DNA of 64,000 nt from Christensenellales bacterium (GCA_045226335.1 JBGVCH010000085.1:1819-65818), one strand, 5' to 3'. Shown: positions 17,013-28,429, numbered from the stretch's first letter. The notes: generated by a model not told the origin, from the sequence alone. Translations and numbers: made by a program.

Positions 17013-18608
17013 TCAGGCCTTGAGCGCCGCGCAGGCGGCCTTTTCCGCCGGCAGCATGGCCTTGTAGCGGGCGAGATACGCGCCGAAGCCTTCCACGTCT
17101 TTGGGATCCGGGCTCAGGGTGACGGAAGCGGCGCCGGCGAAGACACGATCCGCCAGGTAGGCCTCCAGCGTCTCGCCTTCGCCGCGCTGCGCCATGTAGG
17201 CCGCCAGCAGGGCAATGCCCCAGGCGCCGCCCTCGCCCGCCGTCTCCATGACGGTCACCGGGGACTGGATGGCGGCGGCCAGCAGGGACTGGCCCACCTT
17301 CGGCGTCTTGAAGAGACCGCCGTGGCCCAGCACGCTGTCGATGGCCACCTTCTCTTCCACCGTCAGGGTCTCCATGCCGATGGACAGGGTGGCCAGGGCC
17401 GAGATGATCTGCGCCCGCATGAAATTGGGCAGGTTCAGGGGCAGATCCGGCCGGCGGGCCAGCATGGGCACGCCGTCGTCGGTGCCGGTCACGGGTTCAC
17501 CGGAATAATAGTTGAAGGCCGTCAGACTGCCGCAGTCAGGATCGCCCTCCAGGGCCGCCAGGAACAGCTTCGTGTAGATCTCGTCCATCCCCGGTTTGCA
17601 GCCGAAGCGCGCCAGGGCCTCCGCCAGCAGCCCAACCCAGGCGTTCAGGTCCGACGTGCAGGTGTTACAGTGCACCATGGCTACGGGTTTGCCGGTGGGG
17701 GTCGTGACCATGTCGATCTCCGTGTGGAGCCTGCTCAGGGCTTTTTCCAGCACGATCATGGCGAAGACCGACGTGCCTGCGGACACGTTGCCGGTGCGGG
17801 CCGCCACGCTGTTGGTGGCCACCATGCCGGTGCCGGCGTCACCCTCCGGCGGGCACAGCGGGATCCCGGGCTTCAGGTCTCCGTCCGGGTCCAGGAACTT
17901 CGCGCCCTCCGCCGTCAGCTTTCCGGCCTGCGCGCCTGCGGGCAGCACGGTGGGCAGAATGCCGCTGAGTGTCCAGGGATAGCCCTTCCCCTTCACCAGG
18001 TCTTCGTACTGCGCGACCCTGCCGGCATCCCAGTCACAGCACGTGCTGTCGATGGGGAACATGCCGGCCGCGTCTCCCACGCCCAGCACTTTCTCCCCGG
18101 TGAGGAGCCAGTGAGCATAGCCGGCCAGGGTGGTGAAAAACGCCAGGTCCTTCAGGTGTTCCTCACCGTTCAGCACCGCCTGGTGCAGATGGGCGATGGA
18201 CCAGCGCTGGGGAATGTTGAACTGCATCAGCTCCGTCAGCTCCGCCGCGGCCTGGCCAGTGATGGTGTTGCGCCAGGTGCGGAAAGGCGCCAGCAGGTTC
18301 ATGTCCCTGTCAAAGGGCAGATAGCCGTGCATCATGGCGCTAAGGCCCATGCCGCCGAAAGACGTCAGGGTTTCGCCGTACTTCGCCTTCACGTCCGCCT
18401 TCAGGTCCCGGTAGCAGCCCCGCAGGCCTTCGTGGATTGCGTCCAGCGAATAAGTCCAAACGCCGTTTTCCAGCCGGTCCTGCCAGGTGTGGCCGCCGGA
18501 GGCGATCACCTTGTGATCCCCGTCGATCAGCACCGCCTTGATGCGGGTCGAGCCAAACTCAATGCCGAGAAACGTCTTGCCGGTACGGATCGCTTCCTGT
18601 GTGCTCAT
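17013..18608 (-). CDS. FGGY-family carbohydrate kinase, possibly a ribulokinase (clostridial AraK-like) or xylulokinase
   Basis: [17 protein letters not shown] is an actin-fold phosphate-1 motif. Length and domain layout fit FGGY kinases. A GGAGG RBS sits 7 nt before the ATG at 18608. Substrate is inferred only from the araD neighbour. Confidence 0.75.
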   Translation of the reverse strand: MSTQEAIRTGKTFLGIEFGSTRIKAVLIDGDHKVIASGGHTWQDRLENGVWTYSLDAIHEGLRGCYRDLKADVKAKYGETLTSFGGMGLSAMMHGYLPFDRDMNLLAPFRTWRNTITGQAAAELTELMQFNIPQRWSIAHLHQAVLNGEEHLKDLAFFTTLAGYAHWLLTGEKVLGVGDAAGMFPIDSTCCDWDAGRVAQYEDLVKGKGYPWTLSGILPTVLPAGAQAGKLTAEGAKFLDPDGDLKPGIPLCPPEGDAGTGMVATNSVAARTGNVSAGTSVFAMIVLEKALSRLHTEIDMVTTPTGKPVAMVHCNTCTSDLNAWVGLLAEALARFGCKPGMDEIYTKLFLAALEGDPDCGSLTAFNYYSGEPVTGTDDGVPMLARRPDLPLNLPNFMRAQIISALATLSIGMETLTVEEKVAIDSVLGHGGLFKTPKVGQSLLAAAIQSPVTVMETAGEGGAWGIALLAAYMAQRGEGETLEAYLADRVFAGAASVTLSPDPKDVEGFGAYLARYKAMLPAEKAACAALKA

Positions 18609-18632
18609 CGGTTCATCCTCCATTTCATCGGA

Positions 18633-20234
18633 TCATTCCTGAACGATCACATTGCCTGCTCCAAAGGTTTCATAGATCTCCTTGAGGCCGTCCTCGGTGC
18701 GGAGCGGCCCCTGTGCGGCGTTCCGTTCCGCCACGCTGAATCGGCATTCCAGGCCGGACGCCTCACCCAGTGCTTTCTCGATCAGTGATTTCTGTTCGGG
18801 GCGCCGCAGATATTCCGCGGTAAAGGGGTTTGCGCCGTCCTTGGGTTCCCAAACGAAACTCCCGGCCTGAGCATCGACCAGCCGGCCGCTGCTGAGAAAG
18901 CCGAAAGCCCCCGGGCTGGTCCTGGACAGGATGCCCATGGCGTCCTTCCAGACCTTCAGCATGTCCTTGTCCCCGACAGGTCTGGCTTTTTTTTCTTCTT
19001 TGGTTCCTTCTGCTTTTGGGCTTTCGGCGTGTTTCGCTTCCGATACACGCACCACTGCCGCGCCGCCGGCCAGGCGTTCCTGAAGCTCAGCCAGTTTCTT
19101 TTCCAGCTCCGCCACCCGATCCAGCAGAGCGGTCGTGTCCACTTCCCCGGTCCGAAGGCAGGCGTGCAGCGCGGCGCTCTCCAGGGCGATCCTTGGAGAC
19201 GCCGCGAAGCGCAGCTGGGAATCCACCGCCATGAACAGATCGATCATGCTCATGAGGCGCGTGCCGGACATGGTTTCAGCCTGTCCGATGTACGCCTCCG
19301 CGTCCTCCCGGGTCAGTTCCATCAGCCTGGGGAATTCATCCGGGCAATTCTTTGCGATCAGCAGGGAGCGCAGATGGCCCGCGATTTCCCTGGCAAAGAC
19401 CGCCGGCTCCCGACCCTCGCGCATGAGCTCGTCGATCAGGGTCAGGACACTTGCGGGGTCCTCATTGGCCAGGGCTTCCGCGAACCGGAACAGGAAGGAA
19501 CGGTCGCTGGCCCCCAGCACGCGCCGCACCAGGTCTTCGTCCACCGTCTGTCCGTACCCGATGCACATATCCAGGATGGACAGGGCGTCCCGCATGCCGC
19601 CTTCCGCGGCCCGGGCGATCCGCTGCAGCGCGGCCTCCGTGGCCGTCACACCGGAGCCCTCGGCGGCTTCTTTCAGTCTGCCCGCGATCTGTTCCGCCGG
19701 GATCCGGCCGAAGTCGTACCGCTGGCAGCGGCTGAGGATGGTGGCCGGCACCTTGTGGGGCTCGGTGGTGGCCAGGACGAACAGCATATGGCCCGGCGGC
19801 TCCTCCAGCGTCTTCAGCAAGGCGTTGAAGGCGTTGGCGCTCAGCATGTGCACCTCGTCGATGATGTAGACCTTGTACCGTCCGAACTGCGGCGGATACT
19901 GGACCGTTTCCAGGATCTCCCGCATATCGTCGACCTTGGAGTTGGAGGCGGCGTCGTATTCCAGCAGGTCGAAGCTGGATTCGCTCTGGAGGCGCCGGCA
20001 GCTCTCGCATGCCCCGCAGGCGTCCCCGTTCTGCGGGTTCTCGCAGTTGACCGCCCGAGCCAGGATCTTCGCGGTGGACGTCTTGCCGGTGCCGCGGCTG
20101 CCGCAGAAGAGGTACGCGTGGGCGATCCGGCCGGACTGCACCTGGTTCCGCAGGGCCGTCACCACCAGTTCCTGCCCCACCATCTCGGAAAACTTCATCG
20201 GCCGCCATTGCCGATAGAGTGCCTGATATGCCAC
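18633..20234 (-). CDS. dnaX: DNA polymerase III subunit gamma/tau
   Basis: The Walker A is AYLFCGSRGTGKTSTAKILA. A zinc module reads CGACESC and SRC is present as ILSRCQRYDF. Confidence 0.95.
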   Translation of the reverse strand: MAYQALYRQWRPMKFSEMVGQELVVTALRNQVQSGRIAHAYLFCGSRGTGKTSTAKILARAVNCENPQNGDACGACESCRRLQSESSFDLLEYDAASNSKVDDMREILETVQYPPQFGRYKVYIIDEVHMLSANAFNALLKTLEEPPGHMLFVLATTEPHKVPATILSRCQRYDFGRIPAEQIAGRLKEAAEGSGVTATEAALQRIARAAEGGMRDALSILDMCIGYGQTVDEDLVRRVLGASDRSFLFRFAEALANEDPASVLTLIDELMREGREPAVFAREIAGHLRSLLIAKNCPDEFPRLMELTREDAEAYIGQAETMSGTRLMSMIDLFMAVDSQLRFAASPRIALESAALHACLRTGEVDTTALLDRVAELEKKLAELQERLAGGAAVVRVSEAKHAESPKAEGTKEEKKARPVGDKDMLKVWKDAMGILSRTSPGAFGFLSSGRLVDAQAGSFVWEPKDGANPFTAEYLRRPEQKSLIEKALGEASGLECRFSVAERNAAQGPLRTEDGLKEIYETFGAGNVIVQE

Positions 20235-20257
20235 GCTGCGCCTCCTTTCATGCAGTC

Positions 20258-20623
20258 TTATTCCGGTGCCGTGAGATCCAACAGTTCCCGGAAGCCTTCC
20301 AGGGTTTTCGCGCCGATGCCGTTGACCGACAGCAGGTCCTCCGGATAGTAGTACGGCCCGTGGGCTTCCCGGTTTTCGATGATCCGGCCGGCGATGACCT
20401 CCCCCACCCGGGGCAGTTCCGTCAATTCATAGAGTTCCCCCGAGTTGACATCCACGGTGCCCTCCGGCAGGGTGACCGGAGAAACCGGCGGAACGCTTCT
20501 TCCGGCGGAGCGAAACGCGTCCCCGGAGAGCGCCCCCGGCCGCAGCGAAAGCCCGGCTGTCACCAGCGCCGCACTGCACAGGATCAGCGCCCCGCAGACC
20601 ATCAGCCGCCACCGGCGCCTCAT
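20258..20623 (-). CDS. ComEA-family helix-hairpin-helix DNA-binding protein, membrane anchored
   Basis: An N-terminal TM segment reads LMVCGALILCSAALVTAGL. The C-terminus, ELTELPRVGEVIAGRIIENRE...LLSVNGIGAKTLE, is a tandem HhH. It overlaps the cysS stop by 4 nt. Confidence 0.7.
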   Translation of the reverse strand: MRRRWRLMVCGALILCSAALVTAGLSLRPGALSGDAFRSAGRSVPPVSPVTLPEGTVDVNSGELYELTELPRVGEVIAGRIIENREAHGPYYYPEDLLSVNGIGAKTLEGFRELLDLTAPE

Positions 20624-22026
20624 ACGTTCTTCCGCACCTTCTGGCCCTGGGGCGTGTCCTCCAGGATGTAACCCGCCGCCTTGATGGCGTCCCGCAGTTC
20701 GTCTGAGCGCTTCCAGTCCTTCGCCTTGCGGGCCGCGGCGCGCTCATCGATCATCTGCTGAATCTCCGCCGGCAGGGCGTCGCTCTCCTTCTGGACCAAG
20801 CCCAGCACGCCGCACAGACTGGCAAAGCTGCTCAACGCCGCCTCGACGGCTCCGCGGGCAGATTCCGCCGACAGCGTGGAGTTGGCGTCCCGCACCAGCT
20901 CAAAGATGGCGCCGATGGCATCCGCGGTGTTCAGGTCGTCGTCCATGGCGGCATCGAACCGGGCCTCGTACTCCTTCAACCGGGCGGCGAAGGCCTTCTC
21001 ATCCTCGTTCAGCTCCCGATCCGGCGCCTTGTCCCTCAGGAAGCGCAGCTGATCCCGAGCGGTGTACAATCTGGACAGGCCGGCGTGGGCCGCGCTGATC
21101 TGGTCCTCGGAGAAGTTGATGGGATTGCGGTAATGCGCCGACAGCATGAACATGCGGACGACTTCCAGATCGTACTTCTTTGAGATGTCGCGCACGGTCC
21201 AGAAGTTCCCCAGCGACTTGCTCATCTTCTCGCCGTCCACGTTGATGAAGCCGTTGTGCATCCAGTAATGCACGTAGGGTTTGCCGGTGGCGCCTTCGCT
21301 CTGGGCGATCTCGTTCTCGTGGTGCGGGAACAGCAGATCCTTGCCGCCGCAATGGATGTCAAAAGTGTCCCCCAGGTAGGTCATGGACATGGCGGAGCAC
21401 TCGATGTGCCAGCCGGGGCGGCCCATACCCCAGGGGCTCTCCCAGGCGGGCTCGCCGGGCTTCTGCGCCTTCCAGAGCACAAAGTCCGCGGGGTTTTCCT
21501 TGTCCGTCTCCACGTTCAGCCGCTCCGACGCGCCCATCTCCCGGTCCTCGATGTTCTGGCCGGAGAGCTTGCCGTATCCGGGGAACGCGGACACGCGGTA
21601 GTAGACGTCGCCGTTGCTTCCCACATAGGCGTGGCCGTTGTTAATGAGCCGCTGCACCAGATCAATGATCTGCCCGATGTGCTCCGTGGCCCGGGGATGC
21701 ACCGTGGCGGGCCGCACGCCCAGCGCTTTGGCGTCCTTCCAATACTCTTCGATGAACCGGTCCCCCAGTTCCTTCACGGTGATGCCCTGCTCGTTGGCCC
21801 GGCGGATCATCTTGTCGTCGATGTCCGTGAAATTCTGCACAAAGGTGACGTCGTATCCCTCGCGCTCCAGCTGGCGGCGGAGCACGTCAAAAGTGATGAA
21901 GGGCCGCGCGTTGCCGATGTGGAAATAATCGTATACCGTGGGGCCGCATGAATAGATCCCCACCTTGCCCTCGTGGATCGGTTTGAAGGTTTCCTTGCGC
22001 CGTGTCATGCTATTATAGATCTGCAT
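20620..22026 (-). CDS. cysS: Cysteine--tRNA ligase
   Basis: [18 protein letters not shown] is a HIGH-type motif, and KMSKSLGN is present. Length is 468 aa. Confidence 0.95.
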   Translation of the reverse strand: MQIYNSMTRRKETFKPIHEGKVGIYSCGPTVYDYFHIGNARPFITFDVLRRQLEREGYDVTFVQNFTDIDDKMIRRANEQGITVKELGDRFIEEYWKDAKALGVRPATVHPRATEHIGQIIDLVQRLINNGHAYVGSNGDVYYRVSAFPGYGKLSGQNIEDREMGASERLNVETDKENPADFVLWKAQKPGEPAWESPWGMGRPGWHIECSAMSMTYLGDTFDIHCGGKDLLFPHHENEIAQSEGATGKPYVHYWMHNGFINVDGEKMSKSLGNFWTVRDISKKYDLEVVRMFMLSAHYRNPINFSEDQISAAHAGLSRLYTARDQLRFLRDKAPDRELNEDEKAFAARLKEYEARFDAAMDDDLNTADAIGAIFELVRDANSTLSAESARGAVEAALSSFASLCGVLGLVQKESDALPAEIQQMIDERAAARKAKDWKRSDELRDAIKAAGYILEDTPQGQKVRKNV

Positions 22027-22077
22027 CCTGTCCTCCGTCCTGCCTGCCTTCAGGCTGTTGAGTTTCCGACATGCGCA

Positions 22078-22106
22078 TTATATCAGAAGAAAGCCGCTTT
22101 GGCAAT
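22078..22106 (-). promoter_or_regulatory. Putative cysS promoter
   Basis: The minus strand reads TTGCCA, a 17-nt spacer, then TATAAT. The leader is about 50 nt, too short for a T-box. Confidence 0.6.
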
Positions 22107-22153
22107 GCCGTCGAAGCGAATCCCGGACAAATCTCTGTATGCCCGTTCAACGG

Positions 22154-22187
22154 AAAAAGCGGGAACCCGTCTCGTCGTTTTCCCGCT
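22154..22187 (-). terminator. Rho-independent terminator after the sugar-phosphate isomerase gene
   Basis: The minus strand reads AGCGGGAA...TTCCCGCT followed by TTTTT. Confidence 0.75.
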
Positions 22188-22205
22188 GTGTTATGTGCCG
22201 TTCGC

Positions 22206-23048
22206 TCAAGCGTGGTCCTTCGGATTCAGGTCTTTCCGGTTGATCCACTGCACGGATTTCCGGAGGGCCTCCACGGTCTTCGTCTCCAGGACACACCTGG
22301 CGTTGCGGCGTCCCGCGATGCCCAGCCGTTCCGGGAGATCGATCTCCCCGTCCCCCAGGGCCAGGTGGTTCCGGGGCGGATCCTCCGTGCCGTCGTGGAT
22401 GTGGAAATGGATCAGTTTCTCCTGATGTCCCAGGATGAAGGGGACATCCCGCTCCCGCACCGCTTTGGAGTGCCCGATGTCCCACGTCAGGCCGAAGACG
22501 GGGCTTTCCAGCAGGAAGCTGATGGCCTTCTTCTCGTAGTCCCGGAATCCGTCGGTGTTCTCCACAGCGATCCGCAGGTCCGCTCCGCCGATCCACTCTT
22601 CACACAGCGTTCTGAACTGGGCGAAGGAACGCATGTACACGTCAAAATCCCGGTCGTACATCTGCACCTTGCGGTCCGGCAGGGTGATATAGATCCCGTG
22701 GTGCATGTGCATGTTGACCGTAAGGGGCTGCGAGCTGTCGCCGAAGGCGTCCCGCAGAGGCAGAAGCTGTTTGGCCACGGCAATGGTCCTGCGCACCGTC
22801 TCCAGATAGGCGTCCGTCACAAGCTCGTTGAAATCCGCGATGTTCAGGTTTTCGTCCAGGTGGATCGTGTAATAGACCCCGTGCTTCTCCGCCGCCCGAA
22901 TCAGTTCGTCCGTCTTCTCCAGGCAGGGCACCTGGTATTCCGGGAAATTCATGTTGAGTTCCACAAACCGGAGCCCCAGGCTTTCGCACAGGAGCAGGTT
23001 GTCCTCCAGGGTCCTGTTCTCGATGAGGGTCGGCATTCCGAACTGCAT
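22206..23048 (-). CDS. Sugar phosphate isomerase/epimerase (xylose-isomerase-like TIM barrel, AP_endonuc_2 family)
   Basis: MQFGMPTLIENRTLEDNLLLCESLGLRFVELNMNF...IAVENT...HIHD shows the typical metal-binding pattern. A GGAGGAAG RBS precedes the ATG at 23048. Confidence 0.75.
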   Translation of the reverse strand: MQFGMPTLIENRTLEDNLLLCESLGLRFVELNMNFPEYQVPCLEKTDELIRAAEKHGVYYTIHLDENLNIADFNELVTDAYLETVRRTIAVAKQLLPLRDAFGDSSQPLTVNMHMHHGIYITLPDRKVQMYDRDFDVYMRSFAQFRTLCEEWIGGADLRIAVENTDGFRDYEKKAISFLLESPVFGLTWDIGHSKAVRERDVPFILGHQEKLIHFHIHDGTEDPPRNHLALGDGEIDLPERLGIAGRRNARCVLETKTVEALRKSVQWINRKDLNPKDHA

Positions 23049-23083
23049 GCTCTTCCTCCGTTCCGGCAAGCCTCGCGTATCCG

Positions 23084-23704
23084 TCACAGGCTGCGCTTGC
23101 TCAGCTCGTCCTTGACATAGCCGGACAGGATGTCCACGATCCGCGCGTTCCGCCCGCCACCGGCCACGATCACGTCCGCGTACTGGATGTAGTTGGCGAT
23201 GTACTTGTCGTACATGGGCTTCACCGTGGTCAGGTACTGCATGGCGATACCGTCGATGTCCCGGCCGCGCTCCTTGATGTCCCGCTCAATGCGCCGCAGG
23301 AGGCAGATGTCCGGCTCCACCTTCATGTAGAGCTTCAGGTACATCAGGTCCCGGAGGCGTTCGTCGTGGAAGCAGTGAATGCCCTCCAGGATCATCACGT
23401 CCCGGGGCTCGATGCGCTCCTCCGTGTCCGCCCTGCGGTGCTGCGCGTAGTCATAGCGCTTGCGGCTGATGGACTTTCCGTCCATCAGGGCCTTGATGTC
23501 CGAAAGCAGCAGGTCATGGTCGAAGATACTGGGCTCGTCGTAGTTGAGCAGTTTGCGCTCCTCAAAGGTCAGCATGGGGTGGTCGAGGTAATAGGCGTCC
23601 TGCTGCAGGACAAAGCAGTGATCGTCCCCCAGGCGCGCCTGCAGAAACCCGGCCAGGGTGGACTTGCCGCTGCCGCTGGCGCCGCAGATTCCGATAAAGA
23701 GCAT
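23084..23704 (-). CDS. udk: Uridine kinase
   Basis: IGICGASGSGKSTLA is a P-loop. ...QDAYY... and ...NYDEPSIFD... match Udk. Confidence 0.9.
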   Translation of the reverse strand: MLFIGICGASGSGKSTLAGFLQARLGDDHCFVLQQDAYYLDHPMLTFEERKLLNYDEPSIFDHDLLLSDIKALMDGKSISRKRYDYAQHRRADTEERIEPRDVMILEGIHCFHDERLRDLMYLKLYMKVEPDICLLRRIERDIKERGRDIDGIAMQYLTTVKPMYDKYIANYIQYADVIVAGGGRNARIVDILSGYVKDELSKRSL

Positions 23705-23724
23705 GGTTCAGCCTCCTTGTGCGG

Positions 23725-23760
23725 AAAAGGGGCAGCCCGTCCTTCCGGACAGACCGCCCC
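23725..23760 (-). terminator. Possible terminator after tpiA
   Basis: The minus strand reads GGGGCGGTCTGTCCGGAAGGACGGGCTGCCCC followed by TTTT. The stem is imperfect. Confidence 0.45.
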
Positions 23761-23767
23761 GCGTTGC

Positions 23768-24520
23768 TCACTTGTCGTAGTTCACGATGGTGCTGAAGTC
23801 CGCCGCCTTGAGGGACGCGCCGCCGATGAGGCCGCCGTCGATCTCGGGCTGAGCCATCAGGCCCTTGACGTTGCCGGGCTTCATGGAGCCGCCGTACTGG
23901 ATGCGGACCTTGTTGGCCACGGCCTTGCCGTACTTGCGGGCCAGGGCCGCTCGGATGACGCCAATGGTTTCGTTGGCCTGCTCATCGGTGGCGGTGACGC
24001 CGGTGCCGATGGCCCAGACGGGCTCGTAGGCGATGACGATCTTCTCCACCTGCTTCTTGTCCAGACCGGTCAAGGCGATCAGCGTCTGATACTCCACCAG
24101 CGCGTCGGTGTAGCCCGCCTTGCGGTCTTCCAGCTTCTCGCCGACGCACAGGATGACCTTCAGGCCCGCGGCCACGGCAGCCAGCACCCGCTGGTTCACG
24201 GTGGCGTCGGTCTCGCCGAAGTACTGACGGCGCTCGGAGTGGCCGATGATGACATACTCCACGCCGCTCTTGACGAGCATGTCGGCGGAGAGCTCACCGG
24301 TGTAGGCGCCGGAAGCGGCCCAGTGCACATTCTGGGTGCCCACATGGATGTTGGACTTCTTCGCGGCTTCCTTCGCGGCGGCGATGTCCACGGCGGGCAC
24401 GCACACGACCACGTCGCAGCTGGCGTCCGCCACCAGGGGCTTGAGTTCTTCCACGAGCTTCTTGGCTTCGTCCGGGGTCTTGTTCATCTTCCAGTTGCCG
24501 GCAATAATGGCTTTGCGCAT
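23768..24520 (-). CDS. tpiA: Triose-phosphate isomerase
   Basis: [15 protein letters not shown], ...IIGHSERR and ...[11 protein letters not shown] are present. The longer ORF-track start at 24661 runs into pgk. Confidence 0.95.
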   Translation of the reverse strand: MRKAIIAGNWKMNKTPDEAKKLVEELKPLVADASCDVVVCVPAVDIAAAKEAAKKSNIHVGTQNVHWAASGAYTGELSADMLVKSGVEYVIIGHSERRQYFGETDATVNQRVLAAVAAGLKVILCVGEKLEDRKAGYTDALVEYQTLIALTGLDKKQVEKIVIAYEPVWAIGTGVTATDEQANETIGVIRAALARKYGKAVANKVRIQYGGSMKPGNVKGLMAQPEIDGGLIGGASLKAADFSTIVNYDK

Positions 24521-24596
24521 GGGAATCGTCTCCTTTTCGTTTTCTGTGAAAAATCCCACGGCCCGGGAAGAACCGTGGGACAGTCGGTCGGAAAAA

Positions 24597-25799
<1,203 letters not shown>

Positions 25800-25858
25800 G
25801 GGAATGCACGCTCCTTTATCGTTCATTGGTGGGAAGGGAATACCCCTGTACCCGAATC

Positions 25859-25887
25859 ATCATACCACAGGTAAAGCGCCGGTGCAA
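25859..25887 (-). promoter_or_regulatory. Putative pgk-tpiA promoter
   Basis: The minus strand reads TTGCAC, a 17-nt spacer, then TATGAT preceded by TGG, which gives an extended -10. Confidence 0.55.
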
Positions 25888-25998
25888 GCGGGAAAAGTGA
25901 AATAACGGTGATTGAAATGGGAAAAAACCGTGATTTGCCGGTCCGGTCATGCCGGAACGGCTCCGGATGAATTTTCTGTCCCGGGGGTCTTCTCAAAA

Positions 25999-26043
25999 TC
26001 GGTCAACGGACTATAATGCCAGTTGACCGGTTCGGTCAACGGA
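25999..26043. promoter_or_regulatory. Putative TetR operator and promoter: three GGTCAAC half-sites around a TATAAT
   Basis: TCGGTCAACGGA occurs at 25999-26010 and again at 26032-26043. The inverted copy GTTGACCG is at 26022-26029. TATAAT at 26012-26017 lies between the first two half-sites. Confidence 0.45.
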
Positions 26044-26052
26044 GGGATCAGC

Positions 26053-26664
26053 ATGAACGAAAAGTTCTTCGCACTGCCGGAGGCAAAGCAGCAGGCCATT
26101 GTCAACGCGGGCTACCGGGTGTTCTCCCGCAACACCTACAAGAACAGCCCCATGAGCGAGATCGCCGATGCTGCGGGCATCAGCAAAGCCCTGCTGTTCC
26201 ACTACTTCCGGAACAAGAAGGAGCTGTATCTCTACCTGTGGGACAAGTGCGCCGAGACCACCATCGCCGCCATGACCGAACATGGCTGCTACGGCCAGAC
26301 CGAGCTCTTCGAGAGCATGGAGCGCGGGATGCGGGTCAAGCTGGACATCATCCGGAAATACCCGGACATGGGCAACTTCACCATCCGGGCCTTCTACGAG
26401 ACCGATCCGGAGATCCGGGCCGCCGTGCAGGAGAGCTATCACCGATACTTCAGCCTGAAGGCCGACAAGACCAAGCTGAACCTGGATCCGGCGCAGTTCA
26501 TCCCTGGGCTGAACGTGCCCATGATGTACCGGGAGATGTACTGGGCCAGCGAGGGCTATCTCTGGGAAGCCGTGCAGCGGGGAGACGTGGACTTTGAGCA
26601 GATGCAGCGGGACTTCATGGAGCTGCTGGCCTTCTGGAAAAGTGTCTATCTGAAAAAGGAGTGA
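26053..26664 (+). CDS. TetR/AcrR-family transcriptional regulator
   Basis: The N-terminal HTH reads YKNSPMSEIADAAGISKALLFHYFRNKKELY. A GGAGGG RBS is present. Confidence 0.85.
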   Translation: MNEKFFALPEAKQQAIVNAGYRVFSRNTYKNSPMSEIADAAGISKALLFHYFRNKKELYLYLWDKCAETTIAAMTEHGCYGQTELFESMERGMRVKLDIIRKYPDMGNFTIRAFYETDPEIRAAVQESYHRYFSLKADKTKLNLDPAQFIPGLNVPMMYREMYWASEGYLWEAVQRGDVDFEQMQRDFMELLAFWKSVYLKKE

Positions 26665-26668
26665 AAGC

Positions 26669-27550
26669 ATGGACGCCATCCGAGCGGAAAAACTGACGAA
26701 ATACTACGGGAAGGCCCGGGGCATCGACGGGCTTGACCTGACGGTGGAGGAGGGAGATTTCTTCGGCTTCATCGGGCCCAACGGCGCGGGGAAATCCACC
26801 ACCATCCGGACCCTGCTGGGGCTGATCTCCCCCACCTGCGGCCGAGCCCAGGTGTTGGGCACGGACATCGGCATCGGCAAGGAAGAGATCCTGCGCCGTG
26901 TGGGGTATCTCCCCTCCGAGGCGGCCTTCTACTCCAGGATGAGAGTCCGGGACGCGCTGAAGCTGTCCGCGGATCTCCGGAATAAGGACTGCTCCGAGGA
27001 GGCGGCACGCCTGTGCGAGCGTCTGGCCCTGGACCCGTCCCGCAAGGTGGACGAACTGTCCTTCGGCAACCGGAAAAAGGTCGCCATCGTCTGCGCCCTG
27101 CAGCACAACCCGGAACTGCTGATTCTCGACGAACCCACCGGCGGGCTGGACCCCCTGATGCAGCGGGAGTTTTTCGACATTCTGCGGGAGCGCAACCAGG
27201 CCGGCGCCACCGTCTTCCTCTCCAGCCATGTACTCTCCGAGGTCCAGCGAAACTGCACCCGGGCCGCCATCATCCGGGACGGCCGGGTCATCGCCTGCGA
27301 CAGCGTGGAAGCCCTCGCGAAGAACAGCGCCAAGCGCGTGACCGTTCACGGCCAGGCCGACCTGTCCGCGCTGGAAGGCGTCAGGGACCTGACGGAACTG
27401 GACCAGTCGTCCAGCTTCCTCTACAGCGGGGACATCCAAACACTGCTGCGGGTCCTGTCGGAAGGCGATGTCTGGGATCTGTCCATCTCGGAGCCGGACC
27501 TGGAAGAGATCTTCATGCACTACTACGAGGAAGGCGGTGATCAGGCGTGA
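26669..27550 (+). CDS. ABC transporter ATP-binding protein (ABC-2/exporter type)
   Basis: Walker A is GPNGAGKST, the signature is LSFGNRKK and Walker B is LLILDEPT. Confidence 0.9.
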   Translation: MDAIRAEKLTKYYGKARGIDGLDLTVEEGDFFGFIGPNGAGKSTTIRTLLGLISPTCGRAQVLGTDIGIGKEEILRRVGYLPSEAAFYSRMRVRDALKLSADLRNKDCSEEAARLCERLALDPSRKVDELSFGNRKKVAIVCALQHNPELLILDEPTGGLDPLMQREFFDILRERNQAGATVFLSSHVLSEVQRNCTRAAIIRDGRVIACDSVEALAKNSAKRVTVHGQADLSALEGVRDLTELDQSSSFLYSGDIQTLLRVLSEGDVWDLSISEPDLEEIFMHYYEEGGDQA

Positions 27551-28332
27551 TCCTCACAAAACACGAGCTGCGGCAATCCCGGATCTCCCTCATCATCTGG
27601 ACCGCCGTGATCGGTTTCCTGCTGACGGTCAGCATCATCCTCTTCCCGGAGATGAAGGGGCAGATGGACAGCGTCGGCGACATGTTCTCTTCCATGGGCT
27701 CCTTCACCGCGGCCTTCGGCATGGACCGGCTGAACTTCGGGACCTTCTCCGGCTATTACGCCGTGGAGTGCGGCAATGTGCTGGGACTGGGCGGCGCGTT
27801 CTTCGCGGCCCTCTGCGGCGTCAGCATCCTCTGCAAGGAGGAGAAGGACAAGACCGCCGAGTTCCTCCTGACACACCCCGTCACCCGCCCCCGGGTGGTC
27901 TCGGAAAAGCTGCTGGCCGTCCTGATCCAGATCACCGCCATGAACCTGGCCATCGCGCTCCTGGCGATATCCGCCTCCGCGGCCATCGGGGAATCGGTCC
28001 CGTGGAAGGAACTGCTGCTCCTCCATCTGGCCTACTACCTCATGCAGGTGGAGATCGCCTGCATCTGCTTCGCCCTCTCCTCCGTGATCCGCAAGGGCAG
28101 CATCGGCATCGGCCTGGGCATCGCCTTTCTGCTGTACTTCCTGGATCTGATCGCCAACATCGCCGATGTGGTCAAGTTCCTGAAATACATCACGCCCTTC
28201 GGCTATTGCAACGCGGCGGATATCGTCACCGACGGCAGCCTCGATGCCGTGAAGCTGGCCATCGGCCTGGCGGTCAGCGTCCTGTGTGTCGCGGCGGCTT
28301 ATCTGATTTACGCCCGGAAGGACATCCGCTGA
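27547..28332 (+). CDS. ABC-2 family transporter permease
   Basis: The 261-aa protein has six predicted hydrophobic segments. It overlaps the ATPase stop by 4 nt. Confidence 0.75.
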   Translation: MILTKHELRQSRISLIIWTAVIGFLLTVSIILFPEMKGQMDSVGDMFSSMGSFTAAFGMDRLNFGTFSGYYAVECGNVLGLGGAFFAALCGVSILCKEEKDKTAEFLLTHPVTRPRVVSEKLLAVLIQITAMNLAIALLAISASAAIGESVPWKELLLLHLAYYLMQVEIACICFALSSVIRKGSIGIGLGIAFLLYFLDLIANIADVVKFLKYITPFGYCNAADIVTDGSLDAVKLAIGLAVSVLCVAAAYLIYARKDIR

Positions 28333-28376
28333 GCTTTCCAATCGTCGTTCTCTTCTGCGTGTGGTTCCCGATGAAA

Positions 28377-28411
28377 AGGCAGCCCGGATCACAAGCCGTC
28401 CCGGGCTGCCT
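28377..28411. terminator. Bidirectional terminator between the ABC-2 operon and the IMPDH gene
   Basis: AGGCAGCCCGG (28377-28387) pairs with CCGGGCTGCCT (28401-28411). AAAA precedes it and GTTTT follows it. Confidence 0.75.
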
Positions 28412-28429
28412 GTTTTCTGTCCGTATCTG

